DNA of 64,000 nucleotides, from NCBI GenBank assembly GCA_031409335.1, contig JANNWY010000193.1:32001-96000 (forward strand), given 5' to 3'. Shown one piece after another: positions 29,415 through 39,358 of this stretch; the stretch's first letter is position 1; each line of letters starts with the position of its first letter. The notes below the pieces were generated by a model. The model was not told the origin of the DNA. It ran no database searches and saw only the letters and a program-made list of their open reading frames with translations. The position numbers and the translations under genes were made by a program. The DNA is from Chthoniobacteraceae bacterium. Lineage in GTDB: Bacteria > Verrucomicrobiota > Verrucomicrobiia > Chthoniobacterales > Chthoniobacteraceae.

Positions 29415-29625
29415 GTTTTAACGAGCGGAACGAATAGGCAACGCGGAGGCGGCTGGCAAGGGGAGTTTTTGACGCTGCTCCGAATTTTGCCGCGATCGAA
29501 TTTTGTGGCGATCCGAACGGAGAGTGCGTTGCAGGTTGCGTTGGCTGAAAGTGCGATTTAATCGTGGAAATGCGTTTGCGTCTCCCCGCTTCCATCCGGA
29601 TTCCGCCTGTTCCGTTTTTGTTGTT

Positions 29626-32118
29626 TTGAAAAAGTTTATCTTCGTTTTCATCGTGGTCGGTTTCGCTGCGGCGCGCGCGTCAAATGTGATGCTGGTGCCG
29701 CTCGGGGCGGACTGGCGTTTTTTCGCGACGGGCGAGGCGGCGGCGGCGAATTGGGCGGTGTCGGGATTCGATGATTCGGGGTGGACGAATGGGATCGCGA
29801 AAATCGGAATCGGTCACGCCGATCACGCGACCAGACTGCCGCCGCCGATCGTGGCACCGCGAATGACCGTGTATTTTCGCCGTCAATTCACGCTGCCATC
29901 GAGTCCGTCGGAATATACGGCGCTGCTCGCGCGGATGGTCTGCGATGCAGGCGCGGTGATTTATCTCAATGGCGTGGAAGCGGGGCGCGTCGGGATGCCG
30001 GCGGGGGCGGTCTCGGCCGCAACGCCAGCGAGCGCCGAGCCTTTGTTTCCGCAAGAAGGTTCGTTGCGCACGGTGCCGATCGCTGGCGCGGCGCTTGCCG
30101 CTGGCACGAACACGATCGCGGTCGAATTGCACGCTTCCTCGAGTTTCGATTTCGATCTCGATTTTGACATGGAACTGATCGCCAGCCGCAACGTGACGCC
30201 CGCGTTCGTGGTGCGCGGACCTTACCTTCAAAATGGCACGCCGACTGCCGTGACCGTGCGCTGGCGGACCGATGTGCCGACGTCCACTCGAGTCCGCGCC
30301 GGGGTTCTCACCGCTGATCTCAATCTCTCCGCATCGGACACCACGCCGACCATCGAACACGAGGTGCGACTCACCGGGCTTCAGCCCGACACGCGCTATT
30401 TTTATGCGATCGACGATGGCGCGGAGCTGATCGAGGGGCCCGGCGCGCAGTGGCAATTCCGCACGCCGCCCGCCGTGGCGACAGTGAAGCCAGTGCGCGT
30501 ATGGGTGCTGGGCGATTGCGGCACGGGGCGGTCGGGGACTGGACGGGCCGAGGCTGCCCGCGATGGCTACCTCCATTCGCCGCAATACCAGCCGCCGGAT
30601 GTGTGGTTGATGCTGGGCGACAATGCCTACGGAATCGGTGCCGATGATGAATATCAAAACGCGGTCTTCGACACCTATCGCTCGACGCTGCGCAGCTCCA
30701 TCCTCTGGTCCACTTTGGGCAACCATGAAACTTACAGCGCGGGCATTCCCTATTTCTCGATGTTCACCTTTCCGACGGATGGTGAAGCAGGCGGCGTGGC
30801 TTCGGGCACCGAGTATTATTACTCCTTCGACTACGCGAATATCCACTTCGTGTGTCTCGACTCGATGGAATCCGCACGCACCGCGCCCTCCGCGATGCTC
30901 TCGTGGCTGGAGGCGGATCTGGCGTCCACGTCCCAGCAGTGGATCGTCGCGTTCTGGCATCATCCGCCTTATTCGAAAGGAACCCACGACTCCGATTTCG
31001 AAATCGAACTGATCGAGATGCGGGAAAATGCGCTGCCGATTCTGGAGGAATACGGCGTCGATCTCGTGCTGTGCGGGCACAGCCATGTGTATGAACGTTC
31101 CCATCTCCTAGACGGACACTACGGCTACTCGTGGAACCTCAATCCGGCATCCATCAAGGACGCTGGCAGCGGACGCGCGGACGAGCCCGGCGGCGCGTAT
31201 GGCAAGGATCCCGGACCGCACAATGGCACGGTGTATTGCGTCGCCGGTTCCGCGGGGCAGCCAGGCGGCGGCTCGCTCGATCATCCGGTGATGTTTCTGT
31301 CGTTGGGCGAACTTGGTTCGTTGATTTTTGATGTGAATGGCGACCGTCTCGACGCGAAGTTTATCAATCATCAAGGCGTGATTCGGGACTACTTCACGCT
31401 GTCAAAGGCGCCGCTGGTGACGCTCTCCGCGCCACAGCCATCGCTGCGGGAAGGCATCGGCGGCCCGGCGCAGGTCCGCCTTTTTCGCGATCGCGAAATG
31501 GATCGCGCCATCGCGGTGCAGCTTTCGCTCGCGGGCTCGGCGACGGCGGGCAGCGACTACGGCGCGCCGCTGCTGCCAGCGGTGATTCCCGCCGGCCAGC
31601 AGACGCTCGATTTGTTCCTCGCCGCATTTACCGACACGATCGCGGAAGGCTCCGAGACCATTTCCGTCACGCTGGAGGAAGACAGCGCCTACCGGCTGCC
31701 GAAGGTCGTTCGCAGTATCACGCTGTCCCTTGCAGACCGTCCGGTCGATGCGTGGCGTTTTGAAAAATTTGGCATTCAGGCGAATGATCCCGGCATCGCG
31801 GGAGATGCGGCGGATGCCGACGCGGACGGCCAAACCAACTTTTCCGAGTATCTTGCCGGCACGGAACCACGCGACGGTGCGAGCCAGTTTGCAGCGGCGG
31901 TGGCGCGAAATGCCGCCGGTCAATTCGTGGTTCGTTTCCTGGCGCGAAAAGGCCGGGGCTACACCGTGCTTCACCGCGCGGCATTCACCGCGGGCGACTG
32001 GCAGATTCTCGCGACGATTCCCCCGCCTGCGGCGAATCAGATCATCGAAATCCCAGACCCTTCCGCGGCGATTTCACCGCAGCGTTTTTACAAAGTGACG
32101 ACGTCCGGTCCGCCGTGA
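29626..32118 (+). CDS. secreted purple-acid-phosphatase-like metallophosphoesterase with accessory (FN3-like, Calx-beta-like) domains
   Basis: GDCG, LGDNAY, GNHE, HHPPY, GHSH motifs; C-terminal DADADGQTNFSEYLAGTEP. TTG start inferred. Confidence 0.88.
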   Translation: MKKFIFVFIVVGFAAARASNVMLVPLGADWRFFATGEAAAANWAVSGFDDSGWTNGIAKIGIGHADHATRLPPPIVAPRMTVYFRRQFTLPSSPSEYTALLARMVCDAGAVIYLNGVEAGRVGMPAGAVSAATPASAEPLFPQEGSLRTVPIAGAALAAGTNTIAVELHASSSFDFDLDFDMELIASRNVTPAFVVRGPYLQNGTPTAVTVRWRTDVPTSTRVRAGVLTADLNLSASDTTPTIEHEVRLTGLQPDTRYFYAIDDGAELIEGPGAQWQFRTPPAVATVKPVRVWVLGDCGTGRSGTGRAEAARDGYLHSPQYQPPDVWLMLGDNAYGIGADDEYQNAVFDTYRSTLRSSILWSTLGNHETYSAGIPYFSMFTFPTDGEAGGVASGTEYYYSFDYANIHFVCLDSMESARTAPSAMLSWLEADLASTSQQWIVAFWHHPPYSKGTHDSDFEIELIEMRENALPILEEYGVDLVLCGHSHVYERSHLLDGHYGYSWNLNPASIKDAGSGRADEPGGAYGKDPGPHNGTVYCVAGSAGQPGGGSLDHPVMFLSLGELGSLIFDVNGDRLDAKFINHQGVIRDYFTLSKAPLVTLSAPQPSLREGIGGPAQVRLFRDREMDRAIAVQLSLAGSATAGSDYGAPLLPAVIPAGQQTLDLFLAAFTDTIAEGSETISVTLEEDSAYRLPKVVRSITLSLADRPVDAWRFEKFGIQANDPGIAGDAADADADGQTNFSEYLAGTEPRDGASQFAAAVARNAAGQFVVRFLARKGRGYTVLHRAAFTAGDWQILATIPPPAANQIIEIPDPSAAISPQRFYKVTTSGPP

Positions 32119-32156
32119 AGTTTGCCTCCGGCGGCTCCGCCTCGTACGTTCCCGAA

Positions 32157-32804
32157 ATGAAGTTTCGCCTTCCGTTCTTCCTGCTTGCCGTGCTGGTGAT
32201 TGGGCTCGCGACATACTTGATCCGGAACGATTTCAACGGACCCGTTGAACCGCCGATTTCTGACAGCGGCCCTCCGATCGAGGAGCAATTGCGGGACGCG
32301 ATCCGAGTTCCCGCAGCCACTGAAATGTCGGTGACCGTCGTTGAAAAAGAGGAGCCCGCGTCTGGCCCAACGCTGGAACTTTCGCGCGGCAAACTCGCGT
32401 GGGAAGCGACGATCGAAAGCGTCACGAACGCACAAGGCGTGAGCGACGCTGAGAAGGCGCGGCGATTGTTTGCGATGGTCGCGACCCTGCCGGAACCGGC
32501 GATGACCACCGCCACCGAGGAAGCAGTGAAGCGTCTGCCCGATGCGGACTACGACGCGGTCGCGCTGCCGCTGATCGCGAATCCGCAGACGCATGGACTC
32601 GTCGAGAGTGTGCTGTTCGACGATGTGATGCGGCGACCCGATGCGATCGCGCTTCCGGCGCTGTTGCTAGTCGCGCGCGTTCCGAATCATCCATACGCAA
32701 AATTCGCGCGCGAAAATCTCGATCTGCTCATCGGCGAGGACTTCGGCGTGGATTGGCCGAAGTGGGAAATCGCGGTGAAAAACGCGCTGGCGGCGGAGAA
32801 GTGA
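32157..32804 (+). CDS. hypothetical membrane-anchored helical protein
   Basis: N-terminal TM segment, host-like codon usage. Confidence 0.7.
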   Translation: MKFRLPFFLLAVLVIGLATYLIRNDFNGPVEPPISDSGPPIEEQLRDAIRVPAATEMSVTVVEKEEPASGPTLELSRGKLAWEATIESVTNAQGVSDAEKARRLFAMVATLPEPAMTTATEEAVKRLPDADYDAVALPLIANPQTHGLVESVLFDDVMRRPDAIALPALLLVARVPNHPYAKFARENLDLLIGEDFGVDWPKWEIAVKNALAAEK

Positions 32805-32880
32805 TTTCGTGAAATGCAACGACGCGAACACGGAGCCCGTGTTCGCGTCGCGCGAAGTTTGGTCTTGGAAAAGCGGCTGC

Positions 32881-33120
32881 CTATTCGCCGTCGTTGGCGA
32901 TCGCGGCTTGTGGGCAAACGGCGATGGTTTCCTCGGCAACGGCAAGTTCAGCGCCTTCCGGTTGCTTGTGGAAATACACCTTCGTTTCGTCGTCGTTGTA
33001 TTTCAGGAATGCGTCGGCTCCGGCGACCTCAAGACAGGTGCGGCACGGGGTGCAGAGTTCATCATCGACGTACCAAGCTCCTGGGACGTTTTGCGGTACT
33101 TTTTTCGTTTTATCAGCCAT
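32881..33120 (-). CDS. single-cluster ferredoxin
   Basis: CTPCRTC...CPQAAI. Confidence 0.9.
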   Translation of the reverse strand: MADKTKKVPQNVPGAWYVDDELCTPCRTCLEVAGADAFLKYNDDETKVYFHKQPEGAELAVAEETIAVCPQAAIANDGE

Positions 33121-33140
33121 GGGTGTTTGCGGGTTGGTGG

Positions 33141-36100
33141 TTAGTTTTGCGGTTTATCAGCATCTGCATTTTCAACTGCGTCTGGTGATTTTTTCGGTTC
33201 CTCCGGGATAGCCGGTTTCGTGCCGCCAGGTGCGGGAGCCGAGCGCAACTCCGGCGGCAGGACGAGCGGATCAAAGCCCGGAATGATTGGCGTCGCGGGC
33301 GCTGTCGGCGGCGGCGGCGGCGGTGGTGGATTCGGGTCCACGAGTTCGCGCCCGCCTTTCGTGAAGACTCCGAGGCGCGAAAACTTCTGCTTCTTGCCGG
33401 CGATTTCCTTCTCCTCGACGACCGCCTTATTCACCACATCCTCGACGCGATACATATCGCCATCTTTGTGACGCAGGAAGGGCTGCATCTCGCTGACCTT
33501 GAAAGGGCGTGAGCCACGGCGTCCGAATACCACGGTCTGATTCCCCGTCTCATCCACGACGCGATCGCGATCGAGCCCGCGCGAGACTGCGAGCATCGGA
33601 CTGTGGGTGTGATACGTGGCGATCAGGCGCGGCTCGGGGCGCGGGCTGAAGCCAGCGGCGCCATCTACAGTGTCGGGCGAGATCAGTTGCAAAATGCGCA
33701 GCCCGTTTTTCCCATCGGCCACGTGTGCATACATCGAAGCGGCCACGGAACCGATCTGCACGGCGCGCGTGTCGTTGAGCTTTCCGTCGGCGTTGTACAT
33801 TTGGTCGAGCCGCGGACGCTCGGGATTTTCGATGTCGATGATCGCGAGCCCTTCCGCGCCGTTGGCGACGTAGGCATAGGTGCGGGCGACGTAAAGTTTG
33901 CGTGCATCGCCAAGCCGGACCGTCGCGCCGGGCATCGCGCGTGGCCGCGTCGGCTCGCTGATGTCGATGACTTTCAGCCCTTCATCATCCGTGACGAATG
34001 CGTAGCGGAACTGGATCGCCAGCGCCTTCGGATTTTTCAGGAAGCCGGTCGCGAGTTCACCCACGAGCCGCGGTTGCTCTGGCTTGTCGATATCGATCAC
34101 CGCCAGCCCGCGCTTGGTGCAAACGTAGAGCCGGTGTCCGGCGACCAGTCCATACTCGGCACCGTCGAGCACACCGTCTGGATTGAACGCATCGCCCTCC
34201 GGGAGTTTTGCGCGACGCAGGAAATTGTCCTCCGGGTTGCCATTGAAAAGGCACGCGACATTCACGACCACGAGCCCCTCCTCGCGATCGGTCACGAACA
34301 CATATCCATACAGCGGATGAATCGGCTGCTCTTCATTCACCGGCAGCCGCACGCGCATCGGATCGTTCAGCAGCGTGCTCGGCAGCGCGGCGGATGTCGC
34401 AAATTTCGTGCGCACATAAGTCCGCTGCCCGAGTGGTGAAACTGGCGCGCTGAGGAACCGTTCCGAGAATCCCTTCTGGTCGATGTTGGCCACGTCGAAG
34501 ACCTCCAGGCCCGCCTTTCCATTCGCGGTATAGACGTATTCGCTGCGCAGCGTGATGTCGTTGATCTCCTTTGCGTGATGATGAAATGCGATGCGCTCCA
34601 GCCCATCCTGCTCGGTCGGTTTCAATTCGCGGCCGCGATCGAGATGCGCCTCCCAGTTCCGCGGATACGCGACCTTGTGAAAGGAGCTGCCGATCGGCGA
34701 CTGCGGTTCTTCCGGCTCGGTCCATTGCACGCCATACAGCGCGTGCTCGCCGCCGATCCACGTGTAGCGCCCGAAGAAATTCACCGTCCCCGTGCCGAAG
34801 CCGAGCAGTTGCGTCATCCACGCATTGTTGTCGTTCGATTTGGAGAGGTGGCAGTCGGTGCAGCCTTTCGTCGTCCCCTTGCCACTCGTCGTGTGGGGAA
34901 AGTGCGGATTGAAAGCCTGCCCCGCGTAGCCTTCGCCACTCACCGTTTGCTGCTGCGAATAGACCCACTCGCGATTCGCATTTTGCGAGCCGACCACGAC
35001 GGCGCTGGATGAACGAATCACCGCCATGCGGTTCTTTTTCACCGAGCCATCGATGCCGAGCATGAAGACATCGTCGCGCACCACCTGCGGATTGTAGGTG
35101 ATGAAATTTCGGTCGATCACGCCTTCGTATTTGTTCTGCGCCACACGCGAATTGGCCTTCATTGGCAGATGGCAGCCGAAGCAACTCGTCGCCCACGAGC
35201 TGTGGCAGATCTGGCAGTCCATGTTTTCGTTGCTGTGCGCGAGCTGCGCTTTGCACTCCTCGGGCGACATCGGCACTTCGCCCCACTCAGTTCCGTCGCG
35301 TTGCAGCGTCTTTGCGTAGCGCGCCTTCGCATTGTAGCTCGGCGAATAGGGATCAATAATGTCCACGACTTGCGGCACCTGCCAGTGGATGTCCGGCGAC
35401 ATCACCGAGTGCTGGGTGAGCTTGCGCTTTGGGATTCCTTTCTCGTTCTTCGCCGGTTTCCCTTCGGGATCGAGGATGTCCTGCCACTCGAAGCGCGGAC
35501 CCCACGGCGTCACGCCTTCCGCGAGATTCACCGGCCTCGTCTTCGTCGGCGACGAAGGATCGTAGTGGCCCGAAACGCCACTCGTCATCAGCGTTGGCCG
35601 TGCGTTCACCGTGCCGTGGCAATCGATGCACCCGATCGTCGTCGCATTCCGCGGCTCGCCGTAGAGCAGCCCATTGCCGTGGACATCCACCTCGAAATGG
35701 CAGTCGCCGCACTGCATTCCGCGTTTGATGTGAATGTCGTTGAGATGGACCGCGTTTTTGAAATCACCATGCGCGACCACCTTGTCGTCGAGGTCGAGCA
35801 GGTTGCCTTTTTTGTCCTTCTTGAAGACCGCTTTGAAGACCCAGCCGTGGCCGTGGTAGTCGGCAAATTGGGTGTGCTTCAGCTTCGGATTCAACTCCGC
35901 CACCTTCTCCAGAAAGTCGAGATCGCCCCACTTCCCGCGCGCCGCCGCAGCCTCGGGATTTGCCACGGTTGCCTTGATCAAATCCGCGTCGGTCGGGTCT
36001 TTTTGTTCCTTCGGATACATGTGCTCCGCGTCCGTCTCCTGATCCCACCATGTGTAACCGAGATACGGATTCACGAAGAGATTTCCCTGATGCATGTGGC

Positions 36101-37403
36101 AGTTCATGCACTGCGAAGACGGGATGGAGCGGGTGAATTTATGCATGACCGGATGGCCGCGCTCATCCTTCGGAATGGTGGGATCTTTCGAGAAGCTCAG
36201 ACCCTGGTGCCCATACTTGCTCCACCAGCCCGAGTTGGTCGGCGAACGATCATTCGCATACACCACGTGACATGCCGTGCAGCCGCTCGAGCGGTAGTCG
36301 CCGGGCCGGTCGTTCGAGCCCATGAAGCCGAGCAGCGGATCGTGCAGCCGCGTCTTTTGCGCGCCGAGCACCACCGGATCGGTGCGGTTCGATGTGCCGA
36401 GGCCGCGATCGGAAAGGCGGCGCTCCGGCTTGCCCGGCGGCTCGTCGAGCGTCGAGATGCCGAGTGAAAGCGGCAGCATTCCGCCCTTTTCAAAGATGCG
36501 GAAAAGATTGCCCGGCTGGCTGCGGTTGAAGCGCGGGATTGGGATGATGTAAGGCAGGATTCCAAACTCCTTCGTCTCCGCTTTCGTCGGCACGAACGGA
36601 TTTTCCAACTTCAACGGCAAACCATCGAGCCCATAGGCCTGGCCGATGATCGGGTCCTTCAAATTGATCGCGCCGTTGTTATAGGCGGCGGCATTCCACA
36701 GCATCGCGCCGTGATTCATCATCGAGCTGCGCACGCGCTTCACGATGTCGCCGTGGCAAAGCCCGCACGCCACATCCGCCACGCGCAGGTCGCCCGGATT
36801 CACAAACCGGATGAACTCTGCCGACTCGTGATTGAGCAGCACCGTCGAGTTATGCGGATTCGCCGAAGTTTCCCACAGCTCCGGATTCTGCGGCAGCACA
36901 TGCGCGTCGCTGATGCCGAGGCCGCGCGCGGGATTTCCGCCGTGGCAATCCGTGCAGCCGAGCACGACGTTTGGCGATTCGTGCATCGTGTGCGCGTCCG
37001 TCGTCTTGTGGCAATCCATGCAACCGATGCTCTTGCGCTGCGCATCCTCGGGCGTCTGGTCGATCCAGTTGCGCGGTGGCAGCTTCACATTTGGGCGGGG
37101 AAATGGCGGCACCGAAACGCTCGGCCCGATGCCATTGAGCGCCTCGGGAAAGATGTCGAGCGCCTCCGTCATCTGCGGCACCGACATCTGCGGCCCGAGC
37201 CCCGTCGCGGGCAATGGCATCGCTGGCGGTGGCGCGACTTGTTTGATGCCAGTCTCCGAGCCAGGCACCGTCGGCAGCTCGGGTGGCAGCACCAGGGGCT
37301 TCGCGCCAGCGGCGGGCTTCGGAGTATCCTGGCTGCGGAGTGCAGCGGGGATGGCGACAGCGAACCAGACAAAAAGTAGAGCGGGCAGCCAGTGTTTGCG
37401 CAT
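33141..37403 (-). CDS. secreted decaheme c-type cytochrome with C-terminal LVIVD-like repeats
   Basis: Signal peptide; 10 CxxCH motifs; repeats such as YAFVTDDEGLKVIDISEP and YAYVANGAEGLAIIDIENP. Confidence 0.88.
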   Translation of the reverse strand: MRKHWLPALLFVWFAVAIPAALRSQDTPKPAAGAKPLVLPPELPTVPGSETGIKQVAPPPAMPLPATGLGPQMSVPQMTEALDIFPEALNGIGPSVSVPPFPRPNVKLPPRNWIDQTPEDAQRKSIGCMDCHKTTDAHTMHESPNVVLGCTDCHGGNPARGLGISDAHVLPQNPELWETSANPHNSTVLLNHESAEFIRFVNPGDLRVADVACGLCHGDIVKRVRSSMMNHGAMLWNAAAYNNGAINLKDPIIGQAYGLDGLPLKLENPFVPTKAETKEFGILPYIIPIPRFNRSQPGNLFRIFEKGGMLPLSLGISTLDEPPGKPERRLSDRGLGTSNRTDPVVLGAQKTRLHDPLLGFMGSNDRPGDYRSSGCTACHVVYANDRSPTNSGWWSKYGHQGLSFSKDPTIPKDERGHPVMHKFTRSIPSSQCMNCHMHQGNLFVNPYLGYTWWDQETDAEHMYPKEQKDPTDADLIKATVANPEAAAARGKWGDLDFLEKVAELNPKLKHTQFADYHGHGWVFKAVFKKDKKGNLLDLDDKVVAHGDFKNAVHLNDIHIKRGMQCGDCHFEVDVHGNGLLYGEPRNATTIGCIDCHGTVNARPTLMTSGVSGHYDPSSPTKTRPVNLAEGVTPWGPRFEWQDILDPEGKPAKNEKGIPKRKLTQHSVMSPDIHWQVPQVVDIIDPYSPSYNAKARYAKTLQRDGTEWGEVPMSPEECKAQLAHSNENMDCQICHSSWATSCFGCHLPMKANSRVAQNKYEGVIDRNFITYNPQVVRDDVFMLGIDGSVKKNRMAVIRSSSAVVVGSQNANREWVYSQQQTVSGEGYAGQAFNPHFPHTTSGKGTTKGCTDCHLSKSNDNNAWMTQLLGFGTGTVNFFGRYTWIGGEHALYGVQWTEPEEPQSPIGSSFHKVAYPRNWEAHLDRGRELKPTEQDGLERIAFHHHAKEINDITLRSEYVYTANGKAGLEVFDVANIDQKGFSERFLSAPVSPLGQRTYVRTKFATSAALPSTLLNDPMRVRLPVNEEQPIHPLYGYVFVTDREEGLVVVNVACLFNGNPEDNFLRRAKLPEGDAFNPDGVLDGAEYGLVAGHRLYVCTKRGLAVIDIDKPEQPRLVGELATGFLKNPKALAIQFRYAFVTDDEGLKVIDISEPTRPRAMPGATVRLGDARKLYVARTYAYVANGAEGLAIIDIENPERPRLDQMYNADGKLNDTRAVQIGSVAASMYAHVADGKNGLRILQLISPDTVDGAAGFSPRPEPRLIATYHTHSPMLAVSRGLDRDRVVDETGNQTVVFGRRGSRPFKVSEMQPFLRHKDGDMYRVEDVVNKAVVEEKEIAGKKQKFSRLGVFTKGGRELVDPNPPPPPPPPTAPATPIIPGFDPLVLPPELRSAPAPGGTKPAIPEEPKKSPDAVENADADKPQN

Positions 37404-37628
37404 GAGTCAAATATTCAGGAGTCGGGTGCGCGGCATGTCGGAAAATCCGCGCGAGGAAATGCCATGCTGGTTTTTTCGGAGCAGCTTCATGATGGTGCGA
37501 GATTGCCGGGCAGCTCCGCGCATGACAACTCCATTTCCACTCAGCCCACAAATTCCCGCGGAGTGGACAATTGACGCTTGGTGCCGCGCGCGTCCTCGTC
37601 CATATAACCGCTCCCGAACCAGGGCCAG

Positions 37629-38516
37629 ATGGAGTTCGAGATCACACACGTCACCAACTACAAATACGGACATCCCGCCGCCGAGGCGTACGGCGAGGCG
37701 CGTTTGACGCCGCCAAATTTGCCGAGCCAGCGGGTGATCAGTCACAAGATCATGCTCGATCCCGAAGTCGCCACTTCGAGCTATGACGATCACTACGGAA
37801 ATCGCGTGGATTTCTTTTCGCTGCCGTTTCGCCACGATCGCCTGACGGTGCGAAATGAGTTGTGCGTCGAGACCAGTCCGCCCGAGCGGCCTGCGGAAAG
37901 CATGGCGCTGAGCATTCAGGAAGCGCGCCAGATCATGCACTCGGCGCTCGCGGATATTTTTCAGTTCACGCAACCGACACCCGTGATCGAGATCACCCGC
38001 GAAAGTGTGCAGTGGGCCAGGAAATATCTGCGCCCGGGGCTGCCAATCGGCGAAGGGCTGGTGGCGTTGAGCGATGCGATTCACGGTGATTTCAAATACC
38101 AGTCGGGCTCGACCGAAAACACGACATCGCTCGCGACGATCTGGAAAAAAAAGGAAGGCGTCTGCCAGGATTTTGCACACATCGCCCTGAGCATCCTCCG
38201 CGCCGCTGGCCTGCCTGCGCGCTACGTTTGCGGCTATATCGAGACTGATCCGCCGCGGAATCCCGATGGCTCGATTGGCCGTCTCACCGGCGCGGTCGCG
38301 ACCCATGCGTGGATCGAGGCGCTGGTGCCGGGAATGTCGTGGGTGGCGATCGATCCGACCAATAGACAATGGGTCAACGAACGTTACGTCGCAGTGTCAT
38401 TCGGGCGCGACTACCGCGATGCGACGCCGCTGCGCGGCACCTTCAAAGGCAGCGGCGGCCAGGAGATGAAAGTCCGCGTGACCATGAAGCGCCGGGGAGG
38501 GAAACTGCGCGCATGA
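37629..38516 (+). CDS. transglutaminase family protein
   Basis: HVTNYKY N-domain; GVCQDFAH, ARYVCGY, HAWIE, DPTN, GRDYRD. Confidence 0.92.
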   Translation: MEFEITHVTNYKYGHPAAEAYGEARLTPPNLPSQRVISHKIMLDPEVATSSYDDHYGNRVDFFSLPFRHDRLTVRNELCVETSPPERPAESMALSIQEARQIMHSALADIFQFTQPTPVIEITRESVQWARKYLRPGLPIGEGLVALSDAIHGDFKYQSGSTENTTSLATIWKKKEGVCQDFAHIALSILRAAGLPARYVCGYIETDPPRNPDGSIGRLTGAVATHAWIEALVPGMSWVAIDPTNRQWVNERYVAVSFGRDYRDATPLRGTFKGSGGQEMKVRVTMKRRGGKLRA

Positions 38517-39358
38517 AAATCCGGATCCTCTACCAGGCGGAATACAGCTACTCGGACAGCGTCACGTTTTCCCCGCATCTCTTCCGGCTGTTTCCGAAAG
38601 TCGATCACAACGTCCGCGTCCACAGCGCGGAATTTCGGACCAATCTCGACGCCTCGGTGAACTTCCGCCGCGATCTTTTCGACAACGAAATCGCCTCCTG
38701 CTTTTATCCCGCGCCATCGTCGCTCCTCACTGCGAGCCTGGACATCGAACTCGAAGTGCAGTCGAAAAGTGCCTTCGGCTTTCTGCTCGACCGGCACGCC
38801 CTCGCACTCCCGCTCGTTTACCAGCCAGCCGAATCGCGCGTGCTGGCACCCTACCTGCAAACGAAGGCCGCGCTCGCATTGCCATTCTGGAAGGTGCCGG
38901 CGACGCCCCAGCCCACGGCCGAGACACTCGTCGCGCTGAACTCGGCGATTCACGAAAACCTCGGCTACGAACGGCGCGATGAAGGCGAGGCGTTTTCACC
39001 CGCGGAAACGCTCCAGCGCGGCAGCGGTGCCTGTCGGGATTTCGCGGTGCTGCTCGTGGAAACACTGCGCGGCATGGGTCTCGCGGCGCGATTGGCGAGC
39101 GGCTACCTCTGCGAATTCGGCGACGGCGAAAGAATCGCCGAGAGTGCGCTGCACGCCTGGGTTGAGACTTATCTCCCCGGCGCAGGCTGGATCGGGCTCG
39201 ATCCGACCAACGGCACCTTCTGCGATCACCATCACCTCACCGCAGCCGTCGGCCTCACAACCGCGGACATTTCACCGATGCTCGGCAACTACTTCCACCC
39301 GACCCAGCCTCCGACTCAAACGATGAGCGCCACCCTCAGCATCCTGCCGCATGACTAA
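38513..39358 (+). CDS. transglutaminase family protein
   Basis: GACRDFA, ARLASGY, LHAWVETYLPGAGWIGLDPT; ATGA overlap. Confidence 0.92.
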   Translation: MKIRILYQAEYSYSDSVTFSPHLFRLFPKVDHNVRVHSAEFRTNLDASVNFRRDLFDNEIASCFYPAPSSLLTASLDIELEVQSKSAFGFLLDRHALALPLVYQPAESRVLAPYLQTKAALALPFWKVPATPQPTAETLVALNSAIHENLGYERRDEGEAFSPAETLQRGSGACRDFAVLLVETLRGMGLAARLASGYLCEFGDGERIAESALHAWVETYLPGAGWIGLDPTNGTFCDHHHLTAAVGLTTADISPMLGNYFHPTQPPTQTMSATLSILPHD

